From: Anaerohalosphaeraceae bacterium
GTDB taxonomy: Bacteria; Planctomycetota; Phycisphaerae; Sedimentisphaerales; Anaerohalosphaeraceae
Direction of reading: 5' to 3'
DNA length: 64,000 nucleotides
Assembly: GCA_963675525.2 (NCBI GenBank)
Contig: CAXXSL010000016.1
Span: 128,001 to 192,000 of the forward strand
In this document: piece by piece, positions 31,720-41,845 of the stretch
Layout: each line of letters begins with the position of its first letter
Numbering within the stretch: position 1 is the stretch's first letter
Translations under genes and position numbers: made by a program
The notes under the pieces: generated by a model
The model's database searches: none
What the model saw: only the letters and a program-made list of their open reading frames with translations
Told to the model about the DNA's origin: nothing

Positions 31720-32809
31720 TTATAACGCGATGGCGTCGACTTCCAATTCGAACAACAGGTCGTCCCGGCAGATATCCGCATGCACTTTGATGTGGGGAAT
31801 CGAAACATCGTTCTTTTGGCACCAATTGTCAAACAGGCCAAATTCGCCGGCGTCTTTGAAGTACATGATCCCGCGAGCAACGTTTTGCCAGTCCATGTCT
31901 GCATTGTTCAGCAGCGCCTTCGTGACCTGCATGGTTTTTTCGATCTGTCCGGCGGTGTCATCGAGAAAAACGGTGCGGCCCTGCGGGTCGATGCTGGCGG
32001 TTCCGGAAACCAGCACCCTGCGATGGGTGCCTGTTTGGATGTGAATCGCCCGGTTGAACGAACTGCGGTAATCTAACGCGGCACACTGTAAAGGGGAGTC
32101 CACTTTTTGGATATGTCAACATTCCCGCTTTTTGGGTTCACGGCAAATGCTTCGAATGTCAGTTTGGCCCCGGCGGGATTGGCGACCCCTACGCCGGTGC
32201 TGGCCGGAACGGTCTTGTTGAAGATGTCGTGCCGGGTGAAGAAATCGTCTCTGGCGAGATTCAGCTTGTCGTACCATGATAAGATGTCATGCGTAAACAG
32301 CCAGGTTCTTGCGACGTTTTCGAAATCGAGGCCGGAATCGAGACAGGATGTTGCGGGATTTATTGAATGCCGCCGCGGCCTGCTGAGAATTATCGGCGGA
32401 CAGGTCGTCGGGGGCAAAACTCAATTGAAAATATTCAGCGTCTTCATCGACAAACCGGCATCCGACGATGGCCCCCTGCCGTTTAACGCTTTCAACAGCG
32501 GCGCCTGAAAACGCCTGTACCTGCAGGCTGAATACCTGGCTTTGGTTTTGAGATATCCATGTGACCGGACAGAGAAGCCCGGAAAAGGCTTTCGCGTGAC
32601 TTTGTAAAATCTGTTTTCGAATTACATCTGAAGCAAAAACGCGAAAGGCCACAGGCAGCGCGCTATTTGTTGAGAGAAAGTCGAAAAGACTCGTCAAGAA
32701 TTTCCGTCTCATCGGCGTGAGTGTCTTTTTGAGCATGGAGGAAAAACTCCGTCAAACCGCCTCGGGGGATGCGTACCGTCTCAATTGTATTTGTTACTAT
32801 TTTTTCCAT
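31720..32809 (-). pseudogene. Rid/endoribonuclease L-PSP (FkbO/Hyg5-like) two-domain protein with about three frameshifts
   Basis: RTWLF..DILSWY, PASTGVG, SSFNRA, VSGTASID, ADICRDDLLFELE spread over several frames. Confidence 0.7.
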
Positions 32810-32968
32810 TCTGTATTTGGATCCTGTTGTGCTATCCCGTTTAATTACCCTCGCTGCCTTATACATCCGGCCGGTTCCCGTATCGTCTCGACATCCCAAG
32901 AACGTTGTTTAAGTGGGAATTATTCGCCGATTAGTTACAAAAATATTAAAATAAACGAAAAAAGCAGA

Positions 32969-32990
32969 ATTCGCTGCGCGGCGTCTTCGG
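32969..32990. repeat. 22-bp direct repeat, copy 1
   Basis: ATTCGCTGCGCGGCGTCTTCGG matches 34795-34816 at 21 of 22 positions. Confidence 0.8.
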
Positions 32991-33059
32991 AAAAATAATC
33001 CTGGGTTTTCGCTTGATACGACATTCAATCCGTTTAAGTAGGTGTACGCAGATATTTAT

Positions 33060-34730
33060 TTACTGCATCGTAATCCTGAACACAATGGCTTCATCGCAGG
33101 GCTTGTTTTGTACAGGCTTGATGGTCAGCGACGCTTCTGACTGAATCCACCGAATCGTTTCATCGCTTCCCAGCAAACGAACCCCCGCAATCGGTTTATC
33201 TAAAAGCCCGGCGGCGGTACCGAGCGATTTGATCTGTAAGTCCTTGGCCGGCTGACCAAGCACAATCGCATAAAGAATGTCGCCCTTTGTGGTAAAACGC
33301 ACATCTTCGGCGGTCATAGGCTTGCCTTTGCCTTCATTGAATCCCTGTGCCGAGATCGGGGCACCTTCCGTAGCCGGACCTTCACCGAAGACTTTCCATG
33401 GCCGGGTACCAAAGATACATTCCCTGTTGATATCCATCCAGGCCGCAATGCCTTCCAGTATCTTTTCCTCTTTCTCGTCAATACTGCCGTCTCCCCGCAC
33501 CGGAATGTTCAACAGCAGATTGCCGTTCTTGCTGACAATATCAGCCAGCATGTGGATAACCGTTTTTGCGCTCTTGTAGCGGTTTCCTTCATAATCGGAT
33601 CGGTTGTAATGCCAGCCGCCGATACAGGTATCCGTCTGCCACGGAAGTTCCGCAATCTTGTTGAGTGCGCCGCGTTCAACGTCCCAAACAAGACATTGCT
33701 GCTGTTGCGGGGTCAGGATTTTGCCAAAGAGGACCGCTTCGTTCCTGCCATTGTGCTGTTTCATGTTGCTGTTGTAGTAGTGGGCGGCGATTTTCAGCCC
33801 GGCGTCACTGACCGGCCACAGCGGAAGTCCCGTGTCGTCAAAATACAGTAGGTCCGGCTGGTATTTGTTAATAAGATCAACCGTGCGATTATAAAATTTT
33901 TCGCAGTAAGCAGCATCGGGAATGCTTGCCCCGTTATCCCAGTGCCACTGAGAATGAATCGCACCCGGATTGGCGCTGTCTCGGCTGAGCTCGTGATTCT
34001 GGGCATAAAGGTCCTGCGGGTCGAGTCCTTCCCACCACTGTCCTTTGCCGTCGGCCTTAGTGAGCTTGCCATCGTATGATATGCCTGCGAACTCGCCGTT
34101 GGCATCAGCGCCCTGTGAGGATTCATACCATCTCCAGGCATGTGCGGCGTGAACGCTTACACCAAAACGCAGGCCGTGTTTTTTGGCCGCTTCGGCCCAT
34201 CCGGCAATGATGTTTTTCTTCGGGCCGACGGCGACAGAGTTCCACGGCTGATATTGGCTGTCCCACATGTCGAGATTGTCATGGTGATTGGCCATGGCAA
34301 AGAAGTATTGCGCACCGACACGTTTATAAAGCCCTACGAGTTTTTCCGGGTCCCATTTTTCCGCCTTCCATTCATGAATCACGTCTTTAAAACCGAATTC
34401 CGACGGATGGCCGTAATGGGCAACATGGAATTTATTTTGATCCCAGCCTTCAATATACATGTGGCGTGCATACCAGTCACCTTGCTGGGGCTGGCATTGC
34501 GGCCCCCAATGTGCCCAGATACCGAATTTAGCATCTCGAAACCATTCCGGACATTCGTATTGCTCCAACGACTTCCACGTCGGTTTAAATGGGCCCTTCT
34601 GCATGGGCTCAGCTTTATCACTGACTCTGGATACAACCGTCGGCATCTCTTCCAACTCGGTTGTACACCCCTGAAACGCAAGCGCAGCGACAATTAAAAT
34701 AAAAAATGGAAAAATTCTTTTGATAGGCAT
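33060..34730 (-). CDS. Alpha-L-fucosidase (GH29), lipoprotein
   Basis: PEWFRDAKFGIWAHWG, NHHD, LYFD, WQTDT, DIVSKNGNLLLN. Confidence 0.92.
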   Translation of the reverse strand: MPIKRIFPFFILIVAALAFQGCTTELEEMPTVVSRVSDKAEPMQKGPFKPTWKSLEQYECPEWFRDAKFGIWAHWGPQCQPQQGDWYARHMYIEGWDQNKFHVAHYGHPSEFGFKDVIHEWKAEKWDPEKLVGLYKRVGAQYFFAMANHHDNLDMWDSQYQPWNSVAVGPKKNIIAGWAEAAKKHGLRFGVSVHAAHAWRWYESSQGADANGEFAGISYDGKLTKADGKGQWWEGLDPQDLYAQNHELSRDSANPGAIHSQWHWDNGASIPDAAYCEKFYNRTVDLINKYQPDLLYFDDTGLPLWPVSDAGLKIAAHYYNSNMKQHNGRNEAVLFGKILTPQQQQCLVWDVERGALNKIAELPWQTDTCIGGWHYNRSDYEGNRYKSAKTVIHMLADIVSKNGNLLLNIPVRGDGSIDEKEEKILEGIAAWMDINRECIFGTRPWKVFGEGPATEGAPISAQGFNEGKGKPMTAEDVRFTTKGDILYAIVLGQPAKDLQIKSLGTAAGLLDKPIAGVRLLGSDETIRWIQSEASLTIKPVQNKPCDEAIVFRITMQ

Positions 34731-34782
34731 TTTATTTCCCCCTTCAACTCTAAGGTAAAAATATTTTCAGGGTACAGAAAAA

Positions 34783-34870
34783 TACGAAGAGGGGATTCGC
34801 TGCGCGGCGCCTTCGGCGTCGACCCCCCGTGAAAGCTGCCTGGCATCTTTGGGGTTCGAATCCCCACACG
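34783..34870. repeat. tRNA-linked repeat with T-arm-like palindrome; includes 22-bp repeat copy 2
   Basis: GGGGATTCG...GGGGTTCGAATCCCC about 40 bp from the tRNA-Ser 3' end. Confidence 0.65.
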
Positions 34871-34907
34871 ACTTCACCGGAATCTTATATTTCACAATTT
34901 GCAAAAA

Positions 34908-34995
34908 CGGAGAAGGGGGGATTCGAACCCCCGGTAGGAACAAGTCCTACACAGCCTTTCCAAGGCTGCTCGATAAGCCACTCCGACACCTCTCC
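34908..34995 (-). tRNA. tRNA-Ser(GGA)
   Basis: Cloverleaf with long variable arm GTAGGA-CTTGT-TCCTAC; anticodon arm CAGCC-TT-GGA-AA-GGCTG. Confidence 0.95.
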
Positions 34996-35061
34996 ATAAC
35001 TTCTTTGTTTTATAAGACTTAAAAAGAACTGCCGGGCCATAAAGCACCCGGTTGAAGGGGC

Positions 35062-35090
35062 ATTCTATCAAAAACCCCCCTTTGAAGCAA
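35062..35090 (-). promoter_or_regulatory. tRNA-Ser promoter
   Basis: TTGCTT-N17-TAGAAT. Confidence 0.6.
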
Positions 35091-35118
35091 TGAGTTTTTT
35101 GGAATGCTGAAACCAATT

Positions 35119-36222
35119 TTAAACACGGCCTGCTGTTGATATTGCCCGATCCATTTGTCGTGACCGCTGGGGCCAGAAATATTGACGGAGATCATCTTCG
35201 GAGGGCAATTGCCGGGATGCATGATCTCCTCGAAGCAGTTCGTGCAATTTTTCTACCAATCCAGCGACCGATCCGTCATACATATAATCGGCCTGCCGCC
35301 CTGCCGCAATGCTTTGGATGATGTTCGGATAGGACAGGCGGTTCGGCAATACGGGATAGCAGCCTGCCGCGACGGCTTCCAGAACACCAATGCCGAAAAA
35401 TTCGTGATTGGCGGTCGAGACGACAATATCCGAATTCGCTAATGCCCTTTCGTATTCGTCCCGGCTGGGTTGATAGCCCCAGCGGTCAATATGCTCGGCA
35501 AAATAATCTTTGGCCCAGTCAAAAACCTCCGGCTGGTCGCGGAACTGCTCACCAATCACATTCAGACGAAAATCAACGCCCTTGGCTTTAAGGATTTTCA
35601 TGGCCTCAAAAAAATCTTCGGGATTTTTGTCGTGCTCCCAACGCGCCGCCCAGAGAATCCGCAGCGGGCCTGCCGATGGTTCATTTTTTGTTTCAACCGG
35701 TACAATCCCCGGCGGATGAATGGATGACTTATCACGGATTTCATCGATAACCTCAACCGGCTGATAGTCCGGCATCCGCTTGAGGAATTGTCCGATCGCC
35801 TCCAGGAACTCGTCGCGGTGAAAATCCGAATTGAACCAGACGGCATCCGCCGCCATTGCCGTCGTAATGTTCGTCATACAGTATTGATAATCCCGCTCAG
35901 ACTCCACCTGTACCGGATAGGTCAGTTGGTTTTCGTGAAAGTAAACGACTTTCGGCAACCGGCGAACAGATTCATCAACCAAGCCGCAGAACTCCGCCAG
36001 GTTCAGCATATCCGAACAAAACAGAACGTCCCATTGCCCGCCCTGACCAACAAGAGCATTAACCTGTTGCGCAAAGGTGATCGCCGCGTGTCGCATACGC
36101 CATTTCCACTTGTTCGGCGGCAGTGTCAACAACGTAAACTCATGTTCACTGTGCTTTTGCCAACCGTCCAGAAACGCCTTATGCGACCCGCCATAGTATG
36201 CTTCGAGTGTCAATGCTTTCAT
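35119..36222 (-). CDS. DUF3524/GTDC1-like GT-B glycosyltransferase
   Basis: YYGGSH, WKWRMRH, DMLNLAEF, YFHENQLTYP, RWEHDKNP, HEFFGIGVLEA. Confidence 0.88.
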   Translation of the reverse strand: MKALTLEAYYGGSHKAFLDGWQKHSEHEFTLLTLPPNKWKWRMRHAAITFAQQVNALVGQGGQWDVLFCSDMLNLAEFCGLVDESVRRLPKVVYFHENQLTYPVQVESERDYQYCMTNITTAMAADAVWFNSDFHRDEFLEAIGQFLKRMPDYQPVEVIDEIRDKSSIHPPGIVPVETKNEPSAGPLRILWAARWEHDKNPEDFFEAMKILKAKGVDFRLNVIGEQFRDQPEVFDWAKDYFAEHIDRWGYQPSRDEYERALANSDIVVSTANHEFFGIGVLEAVAAGCYPVLPNRLSYPNIIQSIAAGRQADYMYDGSVAGLVEKLHELLRGDHASRQLPSEDDLRQYFWPQRSRQMDRAISTAGRV

Positions 36223-36254
36223 AGACCGACAGAATAGCGGAAAACATTCATTAA

Positions 36255-37319
36255 TCAATTGTCTTTTTTGAGGACTATCAGTGTGATCTGATTGCGGCTG
36301 CCGAGGCGCATCGGCGGGCCCCATGTACCGGACCCGGTCGACACAGACAGAAACATGCCATCAATGCGGTGAAGACCTTTAAGGTATTGAAACCGCGTTT
36401 TCACCACCCAGTTAAAGGGCCATATCTGCCCGTTGTGTGTATGACCCGAAAGCATCAGATTGACGCCCGCTTTTGCCGCCGCGTCAAAGCCTTCCGGACG
36501 GTGATACAGAAGAATCGTATATTGTGTCGAATCAAACTGCAAGTTCGACAAAACCTGCTGGACCTGCATGGGATTTTCACTGTCATCAATCCCGATTAAT
36601 TGAATCCCTCTAAATTCGGTCACTTCATTGCGCAGCGGAATGACCGGCGTTTCTTTGAGCATAGTCATCACGTTGTCCAATCCGACGTAGCGTTCGTGAT
36701 TGCCGGTAACCCAATAAGCCGGAGCTTTCAATTGCTTCAGACAGTGAAGTGATTCGGTCGTTAAATCCCCCCCCGGATCCAGCAAGTCGCCCGTAAACAG
36801 CACCACATCCGGATTCAGCGCGTTGGTTTTTTCGATCAGACGCGCCAGATGCCGTTGACTGACCGAACCAAGATGAATATCACTCAACTGGACAATTGTT
36901 AGATCTGCGTCAATTGGCAGTTTCAGACGCCGTATTTCAATCCGCATGGCATTGAGAAATGAATAGACCGTCAGCAGTACGATAACGCTAACAGCAACCC
37001 AACGCGATGTTTGGATGGGAAATCGAAAAATCAAATAGAGCAGGTCATGGCCGACCAGCACTACCAGACACAGCCAGCCGACACCCAGACCGATGGCCGA
37101 AAGACGCAGAAGCCATTGGCATAAGCCGCACGGGAATTTGCGTTCGAGCATTGAGAAGACAATGTAACCGAACGCCAGGACAATCAATAGAAGCCAGAAC
37201 CAGAGATTCTGTTTGAGCTTAAAGAAGGAAAACAGCCGGGCCAGGATGTAATAATACCCCCCCAGGCAAATCCCCGAGAAGATGGAGATGAACAGTATAA
37301 ATCCGAGCCATCGAGACAT
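36255..37319 (-). CDS. Membrane-anchored metallophosphoesterase (YkuE-like)
   Basis: SDIHLG, GDLLD, GNHE, HRP, GHTHNGQ, GTWGPPMRLG. Confidence 0.9.
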   Translation of the reverse strand: MSRWLGFILFISIFSGICLGGYYYILARLFSFFKLKQNLWFWLLLIVLAFGYIVFSMLERKFPCGLCQWLLRLSAIGLGVGWLCLVVLVGHDLLYLIFRFPIQTSRWVAVSVIVLLTVYSFLNAMRIEIRRLKLPIDADLTIVQLSDIHLGSVSQRHLARLIEKTNALNPDVVLFTGDLLDPGGDLTTESLHCLKQLKAPAYWVTGNHERYVGLDNVMTMLKETPVIPLRNEVTEFRGIQLIGIDDSENPMQVQQVLSNLQFDSTQYTILLYHRPEGFDAAAKAGVNLMLSGHTHNGQIWPFNWVVKTRFQYLKGLHRIDGMFLSVSTGSGTWGPPMRLGSRNQITLIVLKKDN

Positions 37320-37351
37320 CTAAGCCAACTTATCTAACGGATTTTACGATT

Positions 37352-37933
37352 TTACACCAGATCGCAGGCATCGGCGGGCATCCAGTGCTGGTCTTTGCCG
37401 TCCCACTTGACGTTGCAGCCGATGGGGTTGGTGACCGGCGTGGTAATCGGTTGGCCCGCCAGCAGTTCGGTCAGAGCGTTATCCAGATCATAGACCGTTG
37501 CCTGGGTGGCATCGCGCGGGGTGTCTACACCCCGGCCGGTATAGACCAGCTTATGGTCCTTGTCGAACACATAAAAGTGCGGCGTGCGAAGCGCTCCGTA
37601 GGCTTTCGCTATCTCCTGCGACGCATCGTGCAGGTACAGCCACGGAAACTTCTGCTGATCCATGCGCTCGACCATGTGCGGGAAAGAATCTTCCGGGTAG
37701 GTGTTCGGGCTGTTGGAATTGATGCCGACGAATTTGACGCCCTGCGGAATGAATTTTTCCGCCGTGGCTCGGGTTGCCTCATCGGAACCGATCACATAGG
37801 GGCAATGATTGCAGGTAAAAAAAATCACTAAAACGGGCGAATCTGCAAAATTCGCCAGCGAATAGACGTTTCCGTCTGTGGCCGGAAGCTTAAAATCCGG
37901 TGCTTTTTGTCCAATTTCCAGTGTAAATGCCAT
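37352..37933 (-). CDS. Thioredoxin-like AhpC/TSA family protein
   Basis: [28 protein letters not shown]. Confidence 0.88.
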   Translation of the reverse strand: MAFTLEIGQKAPDFKLPATDGNVYSLANFADSPVLVIFFTCNHCPYVIGSDEATRATAEKFIPQGVKFVGINSNSPNTYPEDSFPHMVERMDQQKFPWLYLHDASQEIAKAYGALRTPHFYVFDKDHKLVYTGRGVDTPRDATQATVYDLDNALTELLAGQPITTPVTNPIGCNVKWDGKDQHWMPADACDLV

Positions 37934-38089
37934 TTTTTCCCCTTTCATAAATGAACTTTCTGTTTTTTATATAGTACCACTGTAGAGACAGTTTGTTCAA
38001 TTCAAAAGAAAAAATATACACAAATTGGGTTGTTTGCGTTATGCTTTAAGCACATGTGTATCTAACGTAAACCCAGACAGGAGACCGAT

Positions 38090-38473
38090 ATGAACTTAAA
38101 CGAGTATTTCGGGAATACAGAGGGCATGGGGATCCTTTCCACGGCCGACAGCCAGGGCAACGTCGATTGTGCGATCTATGCCACGCCGCATGTCATGGAT
38201 GAATCGACGATCGCATTTATCATGCGGCCGCGCAAAAGCTACCGCAATATCCAGAGCAATCCCAAAGCCGCCTATATGTTCGTGGAGAAAGGCCCCGGCT
38301 ATCAGGGCAAACGGCTGTATCTTGAAAAAACGGCCGAAGAGACAAATTCCGAAGAAATCAATCTGCTTCGCCGGTCATCCCATGGTGACCACGGGGATGA
38401 GGCACAGGCGAAACTGGTTTACTTTAAAGTCGTTCATATCCGCCCGCTGGTCGGGGATGCGGAAGAAAAATAA
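38090..38473 (+). CDS. Pyridoxamine 5'-phosphate oxidase-like FMN-binding protein
   Basis: ILSTADSQGNVD, NIQSNPKA, IRPLVG. Confidence 0.8.
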   Translation: MNLNEYFGNTEGMGILSTADSQGNVDCAIYATPHVMDESTIAFIMRPRKSYRNIQSNPKAAYMFVEKGPGYQGKRLYLEKTAEETNSEEINLLRRSSHGDHGDEAQAKLVYFKVVHIRPLVGDAEEK

Positions 38474-38493
38474 CTGCCCACGGAGAATAGGAG

Positions 38494-38973
38494 ATGCAGC
38501 TTCGACACTGGGTTAAAATCGTAACAATGATCGCACTGTGCTGCGGCGTGGGTTTTACCGGAGTATTTTTTACGAAAAGCTCTGTCTCGGATTGGTATGC
38601 TACCCTGACCCGACCGCCGCTGAACCCACCGGCATGGGCGTTCGGGGTTGTCTGGCCGATTCTTTATGTTCTGATGGGAACGGCCGCGGGGATCCTGTGG
38701 AACAAACCGATCGGACGAGCGGCCGTCCGCGGGGCACTTTGGCTGTTTCTGTTTCAACTGCTGCTGAACGGACTGTGGACACCGTTATTTTTCGGGCTGC
38801 ATCGAATCGATTGGGCACTCATTGAGATCGGCCTTCTCTGGATCAGCATTCTGGCGACGGTCATTGTTTTCCATGTCCAGTCCAAACCGGCAGGATTATT
38901 GCTGCTGCCTTATCTGGCATGGGTGAGTTTCGCTGTCTATCTCAACGCTGGTTTCTGGTATTTGAATAAGTAA
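38494..38973 (+). CDS. tspO: TspO/MBR family protein
   Basis: WYATLTRPPLNPPAWAFGVVWPILY, LPYLAWVSFAVYLN. Confidence 0.92.
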   Translation: MQLRHWVKIVTMIALCCGVGFTGVFFTKSSVSDWYATLTRPPLNPPAWAFGVVWPILYVLMGTAAGILWNKPIGRAAVRGALWLFLFQLLLNGLWTPLFFGLHRIDWALIEIGLLWISILATVIVFHVQSKPAGLLLLPYLAWVSFAVYLNAGFWYLNK

Positions 38974-39007
38974 GTGAATTCTGCCTATAGTAAAGTTCAT
39001 ATGGTCC

Positions 39008-39077
39008 TGTCATCCCGGCCTCTGAGCCGGGATCCAGAGCGTAACCGGCTGGATGCCGGGTCAAGCCCGGCATGACA
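39008..39077. repeat. REP-like palindromic element
   Basis: TGTCATCCCGGC..GCCGGGATCCAG...CTGGATGCCGGG..CCCGGCATGACA. Confidence 0.75.
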
Positions 39078-39093
39078 GTAAGGAAGGGAAAAA

Positions 39094-39987
39094 ATGAGGA
39101 TTTTAATCAGCGGTTCACACGGCTTTATTGGATCGGCGGTTTTTGAATCTCTTCAAAAAGGGGGACACGAACTGCTGCGGCTGATCCGCCCTACCCAGAT
39201 TGCACGTTCGGATGAGATTTTCTGGGAACCTGTCAGCCAGTTTATTAATCAAAACAAGTTAAAGAACATTGACGCCGTCATCCACCTGGCGGGCGAAAAT
39301 ATCTTTGGCCGCTGGAACGAGAAGAAGAAACAGGCCATCTACGACAGCCGGGTCATCGGGACCGATTTTTTATGCAAAACGCTGGCGGGATTAAACCCAA
39401 AACCCAAGGTGCTTCTGTGCGCCTCGGCCATCGGCTTTTACGGCAATCGCGGCGATGCGGAAATGACCGAATCCGATTCGCCGGGCAGCAGTTTCCTGAG
39501 CCAGGTCTGCCAGGATATGGAAACCACTACCGAATTTGCCGCCAAAGCAGGCATTCGCGTAGTCAACCTGCGATTCGGGATGGTGCTCGGCAAAGAAGGC
39601 GGCGCACTGGCGAAGATGCTGCCGGCATTCAAAATGGGAATGGGTGGTCCGCTGGGGGATGGTCAGCAATGGGTCAGTTGGATCTCAATAGCCGACTGCC
39701 TCGGCGTGATAGACTTTGCCATGGCGAACAAAAAGCTCTCCGGCCCGACCAATGTGACTTCACCCTCCCCGCTGCGCAATAAGGAATTTACCCAAACCAT
39801 CGGAAAAATACTGCACCGCCCCGAACGGGTACCTGTACCGAAAACAATGCTGCATCTGATGTTCGGGGATTTTGCGGAAGAGGCACTATTAAGCAGCACC
39901 AAAGCCCTGCCGGAGAAACTCACGCTGTCCGGCTACAAATTCCAACACCCCGACCTCCAATCAGCCCTCAACAGCATCTTAATGTAA
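39094..39987 (+). CDS. TIGR01777/YfcH family NAD-dependent epimerase
   Basis: GSHGFIG, HLAGENI, SAIGFYG, GPLGDGQQWVSWI. Confidence 0.92.
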   Translation: MRILISGSHGFIGSAVFESLQKGGHELLRLIRPTQIARSDEIFWEPVSQFINQNKLKNIDAVIHLAGENIFGRWNEKKKQAIYDSRVIGTDFLCKTLAGLNPKPKVLLCASAIGFYGNRGDAEMTESDSPGSSFLSQVCQDMETTTEFAAKAGIRVVNLRFGMVLGKEGGALAKMLPAFKMGMGGPLGDGQQWVSWISIADCLGVIDFAMANKKLSGPTNVTSPSPLRNKEFTQTIGKILHRPERVPVPKTMLHLMFGDFAEEALLSSTKALPEKLTLSGYKFQHPDLQSALNSILM

Positions 39988-40250
39988 CGCCGGCTTCCAG
40001 CCGGCAGTTCAACGTAATCGCACGGCTAAATAAAAGCGCGGCGAGGTAACTCGCCCGATATAACGCTGAGAATTCCGCAAATCCAATCCGGTAACTCACA
40101 TCCTCTCGCTTTTATTTTCGCTCCCCTTGTTTTTGTCATTCCGAACACCCATCATGTCATTCCGAATCCCGATTTATCGGAAGGAATCTATTTTAAAAGC
40201 CTCGCCGACCTGTCCTCCGTAGCTCGAAGAGCGGAGGAGGGAGGCGATTC
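39988..40250. repeat. Cluster of REP-like palindrome fragments
   Basis: GCCGGCTTCCAGCCGGC; TGTCATTCCGAA twice; CCTCCGTAGCTCGAAGAGCGGAGG. Confidence 0.5.
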
Positions 40251-40450
40251 CATGATTTTGCTTTTTATAACCGCTCCTAAATGCCTCCCAAACATCACAA
40301 GTACTTACAAACCAAATAGATACGAGAATCGCCTCTACCTAACAAATCCCTACGTACTAAAAAAATCTAAAATATTTCTCTTTTTTTCATTGACTTGTAC
40401 ATGATTATCGTGTATTTATACATTTATAACATAAACATTTTAATAGGAGC

Positions 40451-40969
40451 ATGAATATGAACAACTTTATTGAACAAAACAAAAAATGGTTGAAATTTTA
40501 CAGTATCGCTTCCGGAACCTTGGGGTGGTTAATGATAATATTTGTTTGTATTTTATTTCTTTCTTTAGTATGGCTAAGCTGGACAATGAGCTGGGGGGTA
40601 TTAGAGGAGCGACGGATATTGTTATTATCCTTTGGCGCGGTCATCGAGAAGATATTCGGCTGGCTGCCGGTGAGTATTATTTTATTAGGAATCGGACAAC
40701 TTTTAAAATATATTTACGACGATGGACATACGATCACAATACCGTGGCTGCTGCGGAATGGAGCAAAACTATTCTATCTATTTGCCGTGTTGGCATTTTT
40801 GCGGCCATTTATTATTTATTCCTACCAACATATGATGCATATGAACTTTGAAGTCAAAGTTATCACATCTATTTGTTTTTTATTCGCCAATGTTCTGATT
40901 TTTATCGGTTTAGGTAATATCTTAAAACGTCTTTTGCCTATCATCGAAGAACATAAATCGCTGGTCTAA
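40451..40969 (+). CDS. DUF2975-like 4-TM membrane protein
   Basis: Four TM segments; C-terminus EEHKSLV; upstream of a YozG-like HTH gene. Confidence 0.65.
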   Translation: MNMNNFIEQNKKWLKFYSIASGTLGWLMIIFVCILFLSLVWLSWTMSWGVLEERRILLLSFGAVIEKIFGWLPVSIILLGIGQLLKYIYDDGHTITIPWLLRNGAKLFYLFAVLAFLRPFIIYSYQHMMHMNFEVKVITSICFLFANVLIFIGLGNILKRLLPIIEEHKSLV

Positions 40970-40980
40970 AGGAGATTATC

Positions 40981-41493
40981 ATGAAAACGTTTATTGAAGA
41001 TTACAAAAAACTTTTACAATTTTACGATGCTGCCCTTCGTTTGTCCGGATGGCTTTTATTAACCCTTGGTGTTTGCAGTTTTGTCATTACACTGATTTTA
41101 GTTCGTAGTCTTGGAACTCAAGCTTTTGCGGTTACGGCCATCAATATGCCACTGAAGCCTTCAGAATTCATACTCTTTGGTCTCCTGGGGCTGGGAATTG
41201 CTCAGCTTATTCGATATCTCCTGACTGATTGCAAACCCGGTTTTATTTTACGTCACGGGTGTAAATTGCTCTATATCTATGCGCTTGTCATTTTTTACTT
41301 CACGCTAATGAGAAATATCTATACGATCGTGTACTTGAAAAATGCAGATACCGAAAATACAGCAAGCCTCTTTGTTGTTACTTCGATTGCTTCGCTTGTT
41401 TTATGTGCTGCAAAAGCATTGATCTTGATTGGGCTGGCTCAATTCTTAAAACGCATCATGCCGGTTATCGAAGAACACAAATCGTTGGTCTAA
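40981..41493 (+). CDS. DUF2975-like 4-TM membrane protein (tandem paralog)
   Basis: Same N- and C-terminal motifs as the preceding gene. Confidence 0.65.
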   Translation: MKTFIEDYKKLLQFYDAALRLSGWLLLTLGVCSFVITLILVRSLGTQAFAVTAINMPLKPSEFILFGLLGLGIAQLIRYLLTDCKPGFILRHGCKLLYIYALVIFYFTLMRNIYTIVYLKNADTENTASLFVVTSIASLVLCAAKALILIGLAQFLKRIMPVIEEHKSLV

Positions 41494-41506
41494 AGGAGAT
41501 TGACAG

Positions 41507-41728
41507 ATGATTAACATACGGCTGGATTATGTGCTTTTAGATAAGCGGATGAAACTGAAAGAGTTGGCGGAAATCACCGGCATCGCGGTCAACAACCTTT
41601 CCGTCCTCAAGACCAACAAAGCCCGTGCGATTCGCTTTTCAACCTTAGAGGCGATCTGCAAGGCACTCGACTGTTCGCCGGGAGACTTGATCGAGTATGT
41701 CCCGGACAAAGACATAACCACAAAATAA
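41507..41728 (+). CDS. Cro/C1-type HTH regulator (YozG-like)
   Basis: NLSVLKTNKARAIRFSTLEAICKALDCSPGDLIEY. Confidence 0.9.
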   Translation: MINIRLDYVLLDKRMKLKELAEITGIAVNNLSVLKTNKARAIRFSTLEAICKALDCSPGDLIEYVPDKDITTK

Positions 41729-41845
41729 TGCCCGCTTGGATAAAATAAAAACAACAAAAATCGTTGATTTACCCCGATTTTTTGCAACAATGGCTCATGA
41801 TAAGCATTTCTATTTATAAAGGGACGGAAAATAGGAGCCACAAAA

